Part shown: positions 25,039-38,500 of the stretch, in pieces
Numbering within the stretch: position 1 is the stretch's first letter
Layout: the number at the start of each line of letters is the position of its first letter
DNA from: Azolla caroliniana
Lineage: Eukaryota > Plantae > Polypodiophyta
Direction of reading: 5' to 3'
Length of the DNA: 64,000 nucleotides
Assembly (NCBI GenBank): GCA_043228905.1
Contig: JBHGNT010000012.1
Location: 17,856,001-17,920,000, forward strand
Position numbers and translations under genes: made by a program
The notes under the pieces: generated by a model
Told to the model about the DNA's origin: nothing
The model's input: the letters and a program-made list of their open reading frames with translations, nothing else
Databases searched by the model: none

Positions 25039-25900
25039 GATAGATAGATAGATAGATAGATTATATTATCGTCTTCGGGGGTCAAATATGACCTATGAGA
25101 CAAAAAAAATTACATTTCATGTGATACTTGTGAAAGTGAGTAGTGACTCTCGATGTTCAAGAACTTTACCAATGAATGTTGCAATCGAGAGTGCACACTT
25201 TGCTTGTGAGAGAAATTCGTGCAAGGATTGGGCTTGGTCGAAGATGTGTGGAAAGCATGGTTGAATATGATCAAAGGTAGAGCATTGTATCAAAGTGTGA
25301 TACTCAGACTTTGGAACTTGTTTAGAGCAAAGTGTGCATAGTCAACCACTCTCATCACTTGTGCCCCAATGCCCCGTCTCACATTGCAATGCATGTGAGC
25401 TAAGTCGCATGGAAGCAATGGTTCGAATAGAAGCCAACGGAATGGGCTCTAACATGTATCGATGTGTACAGTTTCCCTGTTCCGTGAAGAATATGGTTTT
25501 GTAATTAGGTGCAACATGTGTAATATAATGTATAGAGTGTGAGCCTCCACAAATTTCCCATGTCATGATACATTGGCGTTGCAAAAAGGCCTCACTTACA
25601 AAGGAATCTAGTGATGCATCATGAAGCAAATGTGTTGCGTCCCATCTACTGAACCACTTTTTCATATCTTGCATCCAATCGGAAAACAAAATTTTGCTTT
25701 TATGCGTCTTTTGGATCTTTTTGCTTGCTTCCCATGCGATTCTAGGAAGTTGATGTCATGGACTTTTTTGAACCTTAAGCATGTATTCAACAACCCTTTC
25801 CATGGCCAAGATCTCAACGGGAAGTGATCCCATCTCAAGGAGGAGGATATATGACATTTGTTTCTTAACTTGTAGAAACTTTGTAAGAAAATTCCATACA
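25039..25900 (-). mobile_element. RTEX-like LINE (family 2) 3' fragment with (TATC)n tail
   Basis: MRLSSHALQCETGHW and downstream Cys/His motif; close match to 52372-52760. Confidence 0.8.
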
Positions 25901-25959
25901 TCCACAATAGCATCTAGTGAAATAAGAGAGAGAGAGAGATAGATAGAGAGAGAGAGAGA

Positions 25960-26160
25960 TCTAGTAAGAAACACTTTCAAAGTAACTCCGCCATTAAGCA
26001 TCACAGGTGAGGTTGCATTTTGCCCTAACAAAAAGATAAGTTGACACATACGAGGACCAAACCCCATATTATACATCACACCTGAGAGGAAAGACCAATT
26101 GACATGATCATATGCTTTCTCCAAATCTAATTGCACTATAACCATTTCTTGATGTGTATG
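25960..26160 (-). mobile_element. L1 RT fragment ending at a (CT)n tract
   Basis: QLDLEKAYDHVNWSFL...MGFG...LNGG. Confidence 0.8.
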
Positions 26161-26447
26161 TGGACGTCCCTCTCCCGACATATGCACATATGATAAGTAG
26201 AGGAGACTAAGAAGTGTTGTAACCAAATGGATTTTACATACAGTTAATATAATTGTGTGCTTTTACCAAAAAAAAAGAGAGAGAGACAGAGACAGAGACA
26301 GAGAGGGGGGGGGGGGGGGGGGGGAAATTGTATGTAAAATCCACTTAGTTACAACACTTCTTAGTCTCCTCTACCTATCATACAATTAATATAATTGTGT
26401 GCTTTTACCAAAAAAAAAAGAGAGAGAGAGGGGAAAAAAGCTCAGAT

Positions 26448-26852
26448 GGATGTAGCTCAATTGGTAAGGTTGTCCGATGGAGACCAAGTGGTCATGGGTT
26501 CAACCCCTACATTCCACAGTGGCATCTAGTGAAATAAGAGGTATCTATGGAGTAATAGAGTGGTGCGAAAATTGGGTTTCGAATCTCCTGATCGAGACCA
26601 AGTGGTCATGGGTTCAACCCCTACATTCCACAATGGCATCTAGTGAAATAAGAGGTATCTATGGAGTATAGAGAGGTGTGAAAATTGGGTTTCGAATTGC
26701 CCGATGGAAACCAAGTGGTCATGGGTTCAACCCCTACATTCCAAAGTGGCATCTAGTGAAATAAGAGGTATCTATGGAGTAATAGAGAGGTGCGAAAATT
26801 GGGTTTCGAACCCAAGATGTAGTGTAAATGATTTACCACTAGGGTAAGCTAA
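26448..26852. mobile_element. tRNA-derived SINE-like element with convergent tRNA-like halves and ~114-bp internal triplication
   Basis: + strand A box TAGCTCAATTGG and B box GGTTCAACCCC; - strand TAGTGGTAA...GGTTCGAAACCC at 26799-26852; units start at ~26480, 26594, 26707. Confidence 0.6.
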
Positions 26853-27843
26853 TTACGATAAAATAAAAAGAAGAAGAAGACGATATTCCAATAATAGTGT
26901 TGAGAACTCTGTTTTCTGTTATTATTGGTTCTTTGCGGAGCTTGTTTAAAGAGCTTTCCAACAATTATTTAAATGTTAAGTTTCATGGTCACTACAAAAA
27001 GTTACAAGCAAAATTGTCATTGTCTGAGGTTTATTCTCTCAATCTCTATTATGATGCCTGACACAACAACATGAACTGAGTTGATGATTGTCGATGGATG
27101 TGGTAGTAACGATGGTTGTGAAAATTACAAATGGCAAAAATGTATCGATTCTATAGATAATGAGAAAACATCATATGTTGCAATTCTCAATGGGAAAGAT
27201 GTTATTGGGGATGACTATGATGTTAACGGTCGTTGTGATTTTGTTAATGCTTTGCTTTCTAGTTTTATGAAAAAAATGACAAAAATGCTAAGGATTGTGT
27301 AGAAGAGGATTGTTAAGTTGGATAACCCTCGCTCAGTTTAGATATCCTTATTCAAAATGCAAAATATCATTTGGCAACAAGTTGCATGGAAGCTCAACCC
27401 AAACCCAATTGCCAAATCCACCAGAGTTAGTTCAAATAGCATTGGTCCAATGACAAGCGTGAATATGTATTATTAGTGCCCGGGGGTTTTTAGTGTTAAA
27501 CAAGGTGCATAGAAAGGCTCAATTATTGCCCAAAAATAGTCTCAATTGCCATCAATACATAAACTCAAGCATTTTCATGATACTTATTCTATGAGATCCA
27601 ACTCTTTGTAGCTTCAAAGTCCTAATAACACAATGTTAGTTCGTAAATTTTAAGTCCCCAAAACCTTCCAAAACACGAGTCTCAAAATATACCTATATTA
27701 TCTAAGATAATGTTTTGCTTCCATTAGTTGTGACCTCATTTTTGTATGCCACGTTTCCTAACATCTACACTTCAAGAAATATATTATTTTTATTCATAAC
27801 ATTTTCACGTGGACATTACATGAGACAAGAATTGTTAAACCCT

Positions 27844-28651
27844 TGTCGATTAGGGCTAGCTTTAATCGTTCTTGTAGCAGATCCGCTACATAGCAAGACA
27901 CATGAGTTGCGAAGACACCGACACCAGCAAGGACATTGAAGAATAAAGAAAGGACTAGGAAGAAAGGGGAATAGCACAAACCTTGCACTAGAGTTTTAGC
28001 CCAAATGATACACCAATGTGAAAGGGGACAAACCCTTTGGAAAAGAGTGATAAAAAATACATTTTTGTGACTTTTTCTTTTTGACAAACAGATACGCTCT
28101 GGTATTATAAAATCATAACAAATACAAAAGTTGTGTGTTGGATATACCAACCGATTCCCTTGTACATTTTTGTGACTTTATAGCTTCTTTGTGATCCTTG
28201 AATTTTATCACCCTTTCTAACCTAAGCTCGAGCTCTCCCCCTTCTTTCTTTGGTATATAATGCTAGTGAGTTCAATTATTAGGGTTAAGTCCTACTTAAA
28301 ACTCTTATCACTCCTTTTGTATGCGGTGTGGATGCTTCTATTAATTGAGGTGTGATTAGTGTTACCATGTATAATGTTTGTCTTTTATATATGTGTATGC
28401 TTGACATTTAAACCTTTATAAGGACGTAATTAGCTTCTTAATTAGGATTATCACAAGGAAGTGCAAGTGAGAGTTCATGAGGTTAGAGTTTACAAGGCTA
28501 CTTGCTTGACAGGAATTGACACATGCTATCACTAGGTTCGCCACTAATAAGGTGTGGACGGTTTGAACCCCTTGACCAACGAATCTGACAAGGAGAAAGA
28601 ACTCATGTTGGAGCAAAGGCATGTGCTCTGCGTGAACTCCTAGAGCCGACA
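27844..28651. mobile_element. Probable degenerate solo LTR
   Basis: TGTCG...CGACA termini, TATATAA near 28254, similarity to 17.7-18.1 kb; no TSD. Confidence 0.5.
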
Positions 28652-29586
28652 CAACAATTCCAACACCTCAAAAGATATCCATGTTTATCTAAGATAGTGT
28701 TTACCTTTTTTTCAGTTGTTGTGACCTCAATTTTGTATGTCACATTTGGACATGACAATGTCTCATGAACATGATAACATGAGCTTAGAACTGAATATCT
28801 TTTTTTAACCTTAACATGATGTCACTCAGATGGTTCTAAAAATCCTAAAAGAGCCAAAGGCCATTATCTCACAACTTTCTTGAAAATTTGATAGTGGATG
28901 ACAATAAATAGATTTTTATCTTCTTAAAATTATGAGGTTTCTATCTGTTCTATCTTATAAACATTGAACTTTATTTTATAGACATGATACTTGCACCATG
29001 AGTTCAATATGATTGGATTCACAAGGCTCTTCCACGCATTCTAGATAAGTGAGTGGCTACTGATCTACATTTTCCATCATGTTTAGCCTCTTCCATTTGT
29101 CCAAACACACCATTCCATATTTATCATGAATACAATACATGAATGAATGGTGACAACTTTCATTTACAACCTAAATATTACTTTTTCTTGACACCAAGAT
29201 TTAGAATGCTAGACTTATCTTTTGCATTTAACACCTAAATGAATATTGTCTTTTTCATAACACCTGAAAATTTCTTTTTCCAGATTACATTTAAGCACAA
29301 TATCTAAGATTGTGCTCATTAAGTCAATCATCAAATAATGCTTTGCCTTCCGATCCAAGAACAAAAAAAAACTCATCAAATAGACCGCCAAAACAGCTTT
29401 GATTGTAAGGAAAATTGAGTATCACTAACAATACTGGATTATTATTATGATTATACAAGTATTGAACTTGGGATCTGACATTCACATTCATCAGTTTGTG
29501 GTGTTCAATGACCACATCAGCAAATGATGAAAACGTTACTTACACTTCTTGGAGTCGCCAATTTATTGGCTCAATTTGCAGCTTTA

Positions 29587-32500
29587 TCAGTGAGCTGATG
29601 TTTCATCTTCAGCCCCGGGAGAGTCATGACTTTCAATATTGTTAATATTGTTCAATCCAATCTTCTCGTTGTTCAATTCAATATTTTTGTCCTGGCCACA
29701 TGAAGTTTTATACTTCCCTGTCCATTTATGTAGTTCAGATCTTGCTTCCACAAACGACAATGGAGGCCGTGGTAAAAGGGTCCAACTAGAGTTCTCATCC
29801 TTTGGAAGAGCCAACTCTTCTGGTTCTGCAATACTAGAATTCAGCTGATTGTCCACTAGACCAAATACTGATTTGTTAGTTACGCATGGCACCGGAAATT
29901 GATCAGAATTTGTTGTATTATGACCCATTGGTTTCATATTCAGCGTTGTCGCTATCACAGAAGCTGCTCGCAAGGGTGATGTGTCATTTCTCAGTGGCCT
30001 TGTGGAGTTGATTAGTGGTAATATCGAGGATGACATGTTATTCCCATTACTTACACTACTGCTTCCAATATTAGCCTTCATAGAATCACGGATTGCTAGC
30101 CGATCAAAACTAGGAGGAGAACTTGCCGATTGCAGCATATTTTTGTATGTTGGATTATATGAAACGGGACCCATATTCAAGCTAGCTGATGCTGAGAAAG
30201 AGGGTCCACCAACACGATTAGAAGTTGCTCTGGTCATGGTATCACTAGAATTAGAGAGGAAAGGTAAGTTGGGTGCTTGATATGATGTTGTTCTTGTCAT
30301 AGGATCACTAGAGTTAGTGAGGAACGATAAGTTTGAAGCATTTGATATTGTTGTTTTTGTCATTGGATCATTAGAGTTGCCAAGGAATGAGAAATTAGGC
30401 TGATTTGTTGATGGTGTTCGCATCATAGAATCATTAGAGCTAGAAAGGAGTGATAAGTTGGGTTGATTCGATATTGCTGCTCTCATCGTAGAATCACCAG
30501 AGCTAGTGAGGAAGGATAAGTTGGGTTGATTTGATAATGTTCCTCTAGTGATGGTATCACTAGAGTTAGCAAGGAAAGATAAGTTGGGCCTAGTCGGGTT
30601 ATAGCAGCGGGAAGGTGCTTTAATTGTGCCTAGTTTACCAAGCTGAGCATCAGTTAACTGTTGATTGAGCCACCTACAAGAGATATAAGTTTTATTTTAT
30701 TTTATTTGAATTCGTTTGAAGTTTGTTTATCTGAAATACTCATATGCTCTTTTCACTTACTGAATCATCTGCTGGCTGGACTGTTGGAGTTCTTGAGTCT
30801 CGTCTACCTTGCATTGCAGCCCTTCAACCTGAATGAGCGAGCATGAGCCTTTATGAGTGTTTATTTAACTAGTGAAATAAGGTAAGATTTTTTATTGAGA
30901 AATCTAGAACGACATTAATGGACTTTGACCTTTTTCCTGAGGGAGTCATTCTCATCCTTCATCACTGCCATTTCTTGTTTCAAGTTGTTGTTTTCTTGTG
31001 TCATTCTATCTATGGCTGTTTGACGCTCAAGGAGGAGATTGTCTTGCTGAGATGACATTTTCCCTTTCAGTTTCACTTTCGCCTTGAAGTGCACAGCTCA
31101 ACAAATTAGTAATTACTTAAATGGCCAATACAGTATTTATTCTGGCTTTGCATAAAAAGGTTTTAAATGAAGTATCAAATTTTGGCATCGCCATACCTGT
31201 AGTTTCTCAATTGATTGCCGACATTTGTTGAGTTCTGCCTCATTTATCTTATTTTTGTCTTCAGAACGATTAAGTGCAATTTGAGAATCCTTAAAGGAAA
31301 TTTCAAGCGTAGATCTGTAAATTTAAAAATAGTATATTTGTCATTGGTAAAAAAGAAATCTTTAATTACAAGGAGTGAATACGCGTTAATAAATTGTGTT
31401 TATATTTTACCTCTGAAGAGTTTGTTCCTCAAGTTGCTTTTGCAAGCTTGTGATCAACTCAGTTTTGTCTTGAACCTGGTGTTTATAGCACAATTGTAGG
31501 CATGGTTGAATATAAAAAAGAAAATATAACTTTCTTTATATTTGAAGAGAAGAGATCTGAACTTACTTCTTGATCTAGAGCCCCAAGTCGTACAAGATGT
31601 TGGTTGAGTGTGGTAAGAGCAGCTTGTCTCTCAGCATCAAAGTTATGATTCTCTGTACGCAACCTTTCACATTGCTAGAGAAATCCGACAATATAAAGAT
31701 TAGAACCATAAGGCGTGTCAGCAATATAAATCTATATAATAACCTTGTTCGCCCTAATTACCTGATTTTTTTCATCCAGCTCCTTCTCCAAAATTGTAAT
31801 GTGTGTATTCACCTCTCCTATCCTGACTTCTAAAGCATGTTTGCTTTCCAACAATGTTCTAACCTGCAGTATGTACAATGTCCACATAATATGTGATATA
31901 GGAACTTGTTGCAACACTAAAAACCCATTGTATCAAACAGATGTTCCAGAAAAAACAAAAAGTAAAACTAGGGCAGCAATGGTCTGATCTCATCTGATGT
32001 ATTATAGTTTCTGTGGATGCACAGGTATCACACGGTTAACTTACAAACTCCTTGTTTAATGGGAATATAATTAAAGATATTTAGCAGTATCCTAATGTTT
32101 TTCATTTTAGAACATTTTGATGATGTACCAAAACATGAATATGAAGTTATCAATTTCTTGTATCCAAGCAGAGAGATTGGCATTCAATCTTGTAGTGCTA
32201 AGGCTCAGTTCAGAGGATAAATAACAAGAATTCATATCTGGTTCACAAGATGGACACCTCTTTGCCTAAAAGTAGCAAATAACATGGCCATTGTTATGAT
32301 TACGCTCTTTTATGTCCTTAGTTTGTTAATTCAAAGAGATGTCTGCTGATTGTGTCAAACACAAGGGTATAATGATAATATATACACAAAAGGAGGTCCA
32401 AACAAGCTCATTAACCAATAAAATGTGGCTTAATTTGGCATGGTTCAGGAAGCAAAAGCTGATCCGACCTGCTTTTCTAGTTCTAGAACTTGTTCTTGGT

Positions 32501-35500
32501 GAGTTTCAGCTTGTTGTCTGAGATTACTCTCGAGGTCTGATCGCTCTTTTACAAATTTCTCTTTAGCATTGGTATATTCCTGAATAGCCTGAAAACATTT
32601 TAAACTCACAATGTCATCATCTACCAACAAAGGCCATGCATAATGATCAAGTATTCCATAAACAAAATCATCTCATAGTACCACACCTTCTCTTTTTCAT
32701 GTGCCAACACCACAGCATACTCTGCCTTCAGTTGGTTCATCGCAGTTGAGTTATTTTCTCTGAGGTCGGAAAGTTCACTGCAATGACGATGAATTTCCAA
32801 TTCCTTAAAAGGTGCTGCTCTGTTATATCCTTAAAGAACTGACTATAGATATTTCAAGTCAAATCCTATATATTGATGGTTACTACTATATTCTTGCATG
32901 TATTTTTCTCCAAATAGACATACATCTTGTACGTTCTCCTAACGCAGAGGAAAACTACATTTAAAAAAAATCTAATGGTGCCAAAAATTTCAGATGAGCA
33001 CAAAAACACATAATTGTTAATATGGCAACTACCTACTCAGGTTGCCATTGTCTCGAAGAGCTGTTTCTAAGGATGCAAGTGTTCTCCGAAGTTTCTCATG
33101 CATATCCGCATTAGCATTCTGCACAAAACAAATTGATTTGAACGTAAATGGTCCTACTATTCACAGTGCAGACATTCAGAATAATTGAAGCAAATTCATT
33201 TTATTGTGAATGGATCCTGCTATTCACAGTACTGACATTTGTACTTGTCAATATGAATGTAAAGCAGATTGAACTTCTATGAAGGAAAATGGACTCACCT
33301 TAAACTCTGCAAGCCTTCCAGCAAGATATGTTTTAATGGTTGAGTCATTTCCTTGCCTAAAGCAGAGAGATAGGTGGCATAGGTTCTTGAACTGATTAGC
33401 CTCTACAATACTAAAGGTGGAGTCACCGGTCCGCACGTGTAGGATTGCCTTGAATCTGCAAATTTCGTTATCAAGCTTCTTGTCAGTTACAAATTGTATA
33501 TATTTTTCAGTTTTTCATATCAGCCATTGAAATTAAACTAGACTAACTGTGAAAGAGGAATGTTCATATTGATATTGCTCTAAACATTTATAACAGTGTT
33601 TATAAGAAATTTGTGATATTATATCTAGTACTACTTCAAGTATCAGATGCAGAGATGTTATATTGCAGAGATACAGAGGTAATAGCAATTATAAGCAGTT
33701 GCTATAACGAGTTTTTCTCAACATATGTTTGTAATATGAAGAAACTTCATGGTTGAAATATTAAGAGGAGAAATAATCTAGTGAAAGAAACTTGCATAGT
33801 ATGAACCATACGTGCATTCGCGTAAGAAAAACACCATCAAAGAATGATAAATACCATACTTTTGGAATAACTATTTATTATGAAGTAAATAAGCCCTAAA
33901 AAATGGGAAAAAAACAAAAAAAAAACACAAGAATGTTTGAATAACATTCGCATTCGTTTTCCAACGTAGGAAAACGAATGTTATGCTAGACGAACACGAA
34001 TTTTACGTACTATGAAAGAAAGAACAAAGAAGAAGAAGAAATAAAGATATATTCATGTCTATTAAGAGGCTAAAATGGCATATAAGACCAAACAAGAGAT
34101 GACATCATTAAATGTTGCCATGTCCTTTGAAAATAGATATAATCAAGTACAAAGGTAAATAAAAATAAAAGTGATTAAAAAACCCCATTATCTATACTTT
34201 TGTCAAATAGATCAATCCAAAATGGAGAGACCTCTCACGAATGAACTTTATTTGTTTATGACAATGGTGATGAGATCATGGTCCACGAGGCCTAGGCCTA
34301 TGGGCATCACAAACTGCTATTGCCCAATCTATTGTAACCCCTTTGCAATGTCCTGGTTGGAAGACCACTTGTGTGGCCTTTGATTGGCTTGTAGCATGAG
34401 TGGGAGTGATGGGGATAAACAAAGTTGTGCTTGTTCTTTGTTAATGAGGTTGCAATTGTATTGTTGTTCACCAACAACTTCTCCAAATTGACTCTTGAGT
34501 TCGACCAAGAACAATCTCAAGCATTGGGGGTTCTCATATCCCATTACCTTGCATATGAAAGGATCAGAAATTGTCAATAGGGCTGAGGAACACTTAGGGC
34601 TTTAGGTGTAGCAATAGATCAATGGTTGAAAAGATAGAGAGAGAGAGAGAGAGATTTGGAGGAGCTCACGTTTCTAAGTGAGATCCAAAAGTTTTTAACT
34701 TATGTTTTATATGACCCATTTAGGGTTGGCCAAGTTCATACTGAACTTGGCCCAAAAATAACGAAAAGTGATAAGTGACTTTTGGCCTTTATAAATAGGC
34801 CTATACACATGTACACATTATAAGGGTTTGGTTACTATTGGGGTTGCTCTAATGTCCAGATTAAATAATGGGATATTGATGATTTATAATCACCTAGATT
34901 AAGTCTTCAAGTTCTCCTACCAAGTGAGAGAACATCACTTCGATAGGCGAGAGGTGAAAGCGCCGCGAGGACAATGGGCTTCCTCGTACCAATCTATTTC
35001 CAACATATCCGATGTTGTGCTTTGGGTAAACACTTGGTGAGTACATCCGCAGGGTTCTATGATGTGTGGACCTTTATCAAGGTGATAAGGCCATCATCAA
35101 AAACTTCTCGAATGAAGTGATATCGCACATCAATATGTTTTGTGCGTGCATGAAACATAGCATTCTTTGCCAAACAGATGGCCCTCTGGCTATCACAACT
35201 AAGCATAGGTGCCTTTTCAAGCAAACCAAACTCACTACAAAGACATGCTAACCATATCGCTTCCTTGGAAGCCTCAGTGACCGAAATATATTCAGCCTCA
35301 GTAGTGGACAAAGCAACAACCTTTTGCAGCCTACTACACCATGATACAACACCACCTGCAAGTGTGAATGCATAGCCACTTGTGGATTTCCGTGTATCCA
35401 TATCACCTGCCATGTCAGAGTCACAGAAACCCTTCAGTTCTAATGGATCTTTTCCATAACAGAGGCATTTATTTTTAGTCCCTTTTAAGTACCCCATAAT

Positions 35501-38500
35501 GGACTTTACTACATTCCAATGTGCCTTGCCCAGATTAGCCATGAATCGGCTTACAATTCCCACAGCATAGGCAATATCAGGTCTAGTAGCACCCATAGCA
35601 TACAAAAGTGAACCACAAGCTGAAGCATAAGGTACACCTTGCATGTCATTGATTGCTTCTTGTGTCTTAGGACAATCTTCCTTAGAGATTTTATCATATG
35701 GATGTAATGGCACTCCAAGAGGCTTTGCATCAGCCATACAAAATCTGTCCAACATCTTGTTAATGTATTTTTCCTGAGATAAATACAATGTGTGCTGTTC
35801 CCTTTGTCTCCTAATTCTTAGTCCAAGTACATGTTCAGCTCCCCCAAGGTCTTTCATTAAAAATGCAGATTTCAGCTGCTTTTTAAGGACATCAATAGTG
35901 CTCTTTTTCTTGGCAGCAATGAGCATATCATCTACATATAGTACAAGAATGATTGGGCTGCCATTTTCATCTCTTTTAGTATACAAACAGTGATCAGTAT
36001 GGTTCCTTTTGATGACAAGCTCCGAGCCATTTTCTTGCTTGTGACACTACCAGACTCATGGGAGACATTGGTAGTCTCATTGTCTAATAACCCCAACTTG
36101 GCTTTGATGGTGTTAGGGGTTCCATGCTCAATGAAGAGATTAGGAGAAAAGCAAGTGGAGAAGGTGGTGGCCCAGCCAACATGGTTAGAGGTGGGATAGA
36201 TAAGAGAAGTAACTATGTACACAAGAACAAAAGTAGAAGCAAGGAAAGGGGAAATAGCAGCAAAGGTAAAAGCAATGATATAACATGCTACTGGTGTGGC
36301 AGGAAAGGCCACAAGAAACCTAATTGCCGCTATTACAAAGCAAAACTTGAAAGAAAGACGAATTCTAGAGATAAGAAAAATGACAAGATTAATGCACATG
36401 ACAGCCAAAAGGACAAAGAGAAGGCCAATTTGGCCTCTAGGTAAAAGAAAAGGCTTTGATACCAATTGAAAGGGTCAGAAATTGTCAAAAGGGCCGAGGA
36501 ACACTCAGGGCTTTAGGTGTAGCAGTAGATCAATGGCTGAAAACATAGAGAAAGAAATAAATATGTATTAACGTCTTTTAAGAGGCCAAAATGGCCTATA
36601 AGACCGAATAAGAGATTACATCTTGAGTGTTTTCTCGTCTTTGAGAACAAATCAAAATAAAATAAATATTACACAATAAATATAAAAGTAAATAAGATGA
36701 AAAGAGAAGAAATGAGGGAATCTGGTTTTTAGCACATGTGAGATTCTCAAGTTAGGTATATTGTAGCTTTTGTCTTCGAAAGATCTCTAGCATAGGTCAA
36801 TCCAGAATGGAAATGTCTCTGAAGCAAGGGAAGCACCTACGATGGTGGGAGATAATGGCTTTTATTTGTCGATGACAAGGGTGTCGAGGTGGTGGTCCAT
36901 GGGGCCAGGGCCTACGTGCATGGCAAATTGCTATTGCCCGATCAATTGTAACCCCTTTGTTATGTCCTGGTCTGGGGCTCATTTGTGTATCCCGTGATGG
37001 ACTTGTATCATTAGTAGGAGTGATGGGGCTAAAGAAAGTTGTGATTGTTCTAAGTGGATGAGCTTGTGTGGTTGTATTCTTCAACAACTTTTCCCGATGT
37101 CTCTTGAGCTCTAGCAAGAAAAGCCCTAGGCATCGTTGGTCCTCATATTCCATTACCTTGGGTAGTGGGCCAAAGCCTTGTTTAAAGAGGCAATGGTATG
37201 TCCCTCTGATCTCATAAAAGACACTACAATGACAAACATAGTGTTCCTCAGATTCCACTCCTTGATGACACAATTGGCAAATTCTCTCTTCTAGAGGTAG
37301 TCGTGTGATGAAGTTCGCAGCTGGCCTATCACACTACGCAACGCATAGGATAGATGTATGTCCATATAAGGTGGCCTGATGACAAATCCATCCTCCGATG
37401 TATGTAAGAAGTGTCTTATAGTGGACCATCTTTGTACCAAGTGGTATTTTGGGGTTGATCTATGTTATCTTGTTTTCCAAGTTAATAATATCAGTTTGGA
37501 TCACTTTGTTCTTTTCCACTTTGGTCATATTTAGATGGGGACATTCCAAGCTATATTGGAACGGGAGTAGTGCATTTATACTCATGCCATGTGACTCGAA
37601 CCATTGCTGCATTTCAGCATACCAACAATGAGCGTCTCTATTTTTAGCCAGTTGTTTTGATGACATAAGTGCCAACCTTGGGTACCTTCGTTTAGGGAGC
37701 TCCCAAAGACGTTGGATAAATGTCACTGATCGGAACAATGCCTCGGTTATTATAGGTGTTGCTCCCATCTCTGCCCGGATTATATCGTGGGGCACTGATG
37801 CTTTGCTCCCTATCATTCAAGCAGTCGTTGACACTAAAGGTCTCTCTAAATCTTTCCAATGATTTGCCTTGTTAAGACTTGGTCCCTATGTTTCTACTCC
37901 ATAGAGAAGAGTTGGTGTGACAAGTGTAACAAATAACCATAACTTCGTCTGTGGCTCTTGGAACTGCAAATGTGCACATTGTCTCTCGAGAGCACCAAGG
38001 GCTGCATATCCACGAGAAAGTCGGGCACAAGCGGCCTCCTGTAAGGAGAACCTAGGTCCTGTAAATATTACTCCTAGGTATGTGTAGGAGCGTGTGTATT
38101 CCACCTTTTCCTCTCCCAAGAAGAATTCTGGTTCTGATCTTGTTACCATGCTTGAGTGGTGTTAAACACCGTCGCTTTAGTTTTGTTCATGTTGATTGAC
38201 AAACCTTTGTCCGTACAAAATAGTTTTAAGGCATTTAGATGTCTTTGTAGTCCCTCCGGAGAGTCAGAAATCAGCACAATGTCATCAGCATATAGTAATA
38301 TTTGTATAGCTATACTGTTAGGCGTGCTCCAGAACCCCCAAATCTCTCTATGTTTTAACGTATGGAGTTAATTGGAGGAGCTCACCTTTTGAAGTGATAT
38401 CCAAAACTTTTTAACTTATGTTTTATATGACCCATTTAGGGTTGGCCAAGTTCACACTGAACTTGGCCCAAAAATAACAAAAAGTGATAAGTGACTTTTG

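Noticed and set aside
26448-26519. Functional tRNA gene
   Set aside because: The anticodon arm does not pair and the unit is embedded in a triplicated repeat; SINE-like instead
29587-30486. Stand-alone 299-aa gene
   Set aside because: It is the last exon of SAS6, joined in frame through the acceptor at 30673
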